64,000 nt of DNA from Cetorhinus maximus (taxonomy: Eukaryota): positions 3,658,001 to 3,722,000 of the forward strand of contig NC_135887.1 of the NCBI RefSeq assembly GCF_964194155.1, in the 5' to 3' direction. The notes under the pieces are model-generated. The model searched no databases, was not told where the DNA came from, and saw only the letters and a program-made list of their open reading frames with translations. Of the stretch, positions 62,768 to 64,000 are shown in pieces. A program made the translations under genes and the position numbers. Position 1 is the stretch's first letter. Each line of letters begins with the position of its first letter.

Positions 62768-64000
62768 CTGAATAGATCAGACACCAATGTCTTTCACTCT
62801 TCTCTAAACTTGTGACTGTTTTCAGCACATTAAATGTAGAGAGGCCTAATGCAGTCACCCCAGATACAATCATTTAAGTAAAGCTACATGCAACGATTTG
62901 GGCTTTAGGTTTATTAACACTTCACCACTTCCAAACTATTTTCTGTATTCCGAATGGCTTTTAGAACAGTACCACGAAGCACTCAGCATGTGGTTTCCTG
63001 TACATTACCATCTTTTGCACATTAATGCCAGGGGCAGCCAGAAACTCATGTTAATGAAGGGATTGGATGATTCAGATTCATTAAAATCATGTAGCCGCTA
63101 AAAATATAACAAGTATTTACGCATTTCAATTCACACTAGAGATTTCAACATTTGCCTCTATTCTGGTGAAATGTGCCATCATGTCAATTCTGATTAGCTA
63201 CACAAAGGGTAGTTGATGAAAGGTTTCAACTTCAGTACAAGTTACTGAGACAGCTTCGCTTTGAATCCTATCTATATGCAGAAGCAACATCTCCACACAC
63301 ATTGGCCTAGCTTTTACATCCAGCACTAAAGATATTTGATCATTAGCCTCTCGGGAATGAATTACCAACCACTTTCGCATGTAAGCTCATAATTGGCCAC
63401 TGTGGAATATGTTTCCCTAAACTAGGCAACATTTTTTTTTCACAAATGTATTGATGTCAGCTAATGTGTATATAAAAGAAACAAGCAAGTCCACCTTGAT
63501 TTGTTCCCATCTCACACCAAAAAAAAGCACCTCTCTTTACTAGCCAGTTCATCTCATCATTCAAGACAAAGAAAATGCCATGAACAACAGAAATATCAGC
63601 CTGTCTGAGCTCATTACAGTCACAGATAATTCATTACAACAAAGGTTTTCCAAATGATTTCAGTGATAATGATGAAGACTGATAATGAGAACATTGGGAG
63701 GAAGAAAGGACTTATCCCTGATTTAGTCAAATTGAATGATGAACATTATCCCATCTTAACATTTTGTTTAAATAAACTTGGCATACTAGGTAAAGGTAAG
63801 AACTCAGGTAAGTCTCTCATAGTGTTTTTGTGCAGGAAGCAGTGATTATTAATTAATAATCCCCATTACAGAGCTCTCTATTTCTGCACCTGGGTTCTCT
63901 GACAAGCACCAAAGGAACTCCCTTAAGCTAGAAATTAATAGTCCAATAGCAAGGGTCCATTTAGAGCATGATGATATGCAACCTATCGTTGAGCAAATAC

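Noticed and set aside
1-64000. tRNA, rRNA, prokaryotic operons or defence systems
   Set aside because: None seen; the only Pol III-like box belongs to a SINE head.

Overview
Repeat-dense, CpG-depleted vertebrate genomic DNA. The repeat repertoire suggests a cartilaginous fish (shark); this is inference, not a database result. No complete host gene is visible; one plausible terminal host exon lies on the minus strand at 62.5-62.8 kb. The window is dominated by PIF/Harbinger DNA transposons. Two large elements each carry a DDE transposase and a convergent, spliced Myb/SANT-like gene (11172-15159 and 38285-45287). There are also several Myb-gene remnants and about a dozen non-autonomous elements with GGGCAGAATTTT-type TIRs and 3-bp TSDs. 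Other repeats include many CR1 LINE fragments (one with an esterase-type ORF1), a Penelope-like retroelement and two short PLE-derived remnants with minimal hammerhead ribozyme cores, a Tigger/pogo remnant, putative solo LTRs, SINEs and minisatellites. Five observations stand out: a transposase broken by only two nonsense codons; a deleted Harbinger whose reciprocal junction fragment lies inverted about 130 bp away; a young TSD-flanked hairpin holding a hammerhead; a target-site consensus resembling that of zebrafish Harbinger3; and conserved internal palindromes in the MITEs. I did not find a clearly new biological system; the findings are mobile-element biology. Repeat boundaries without TIRs or TSDs are approximate.
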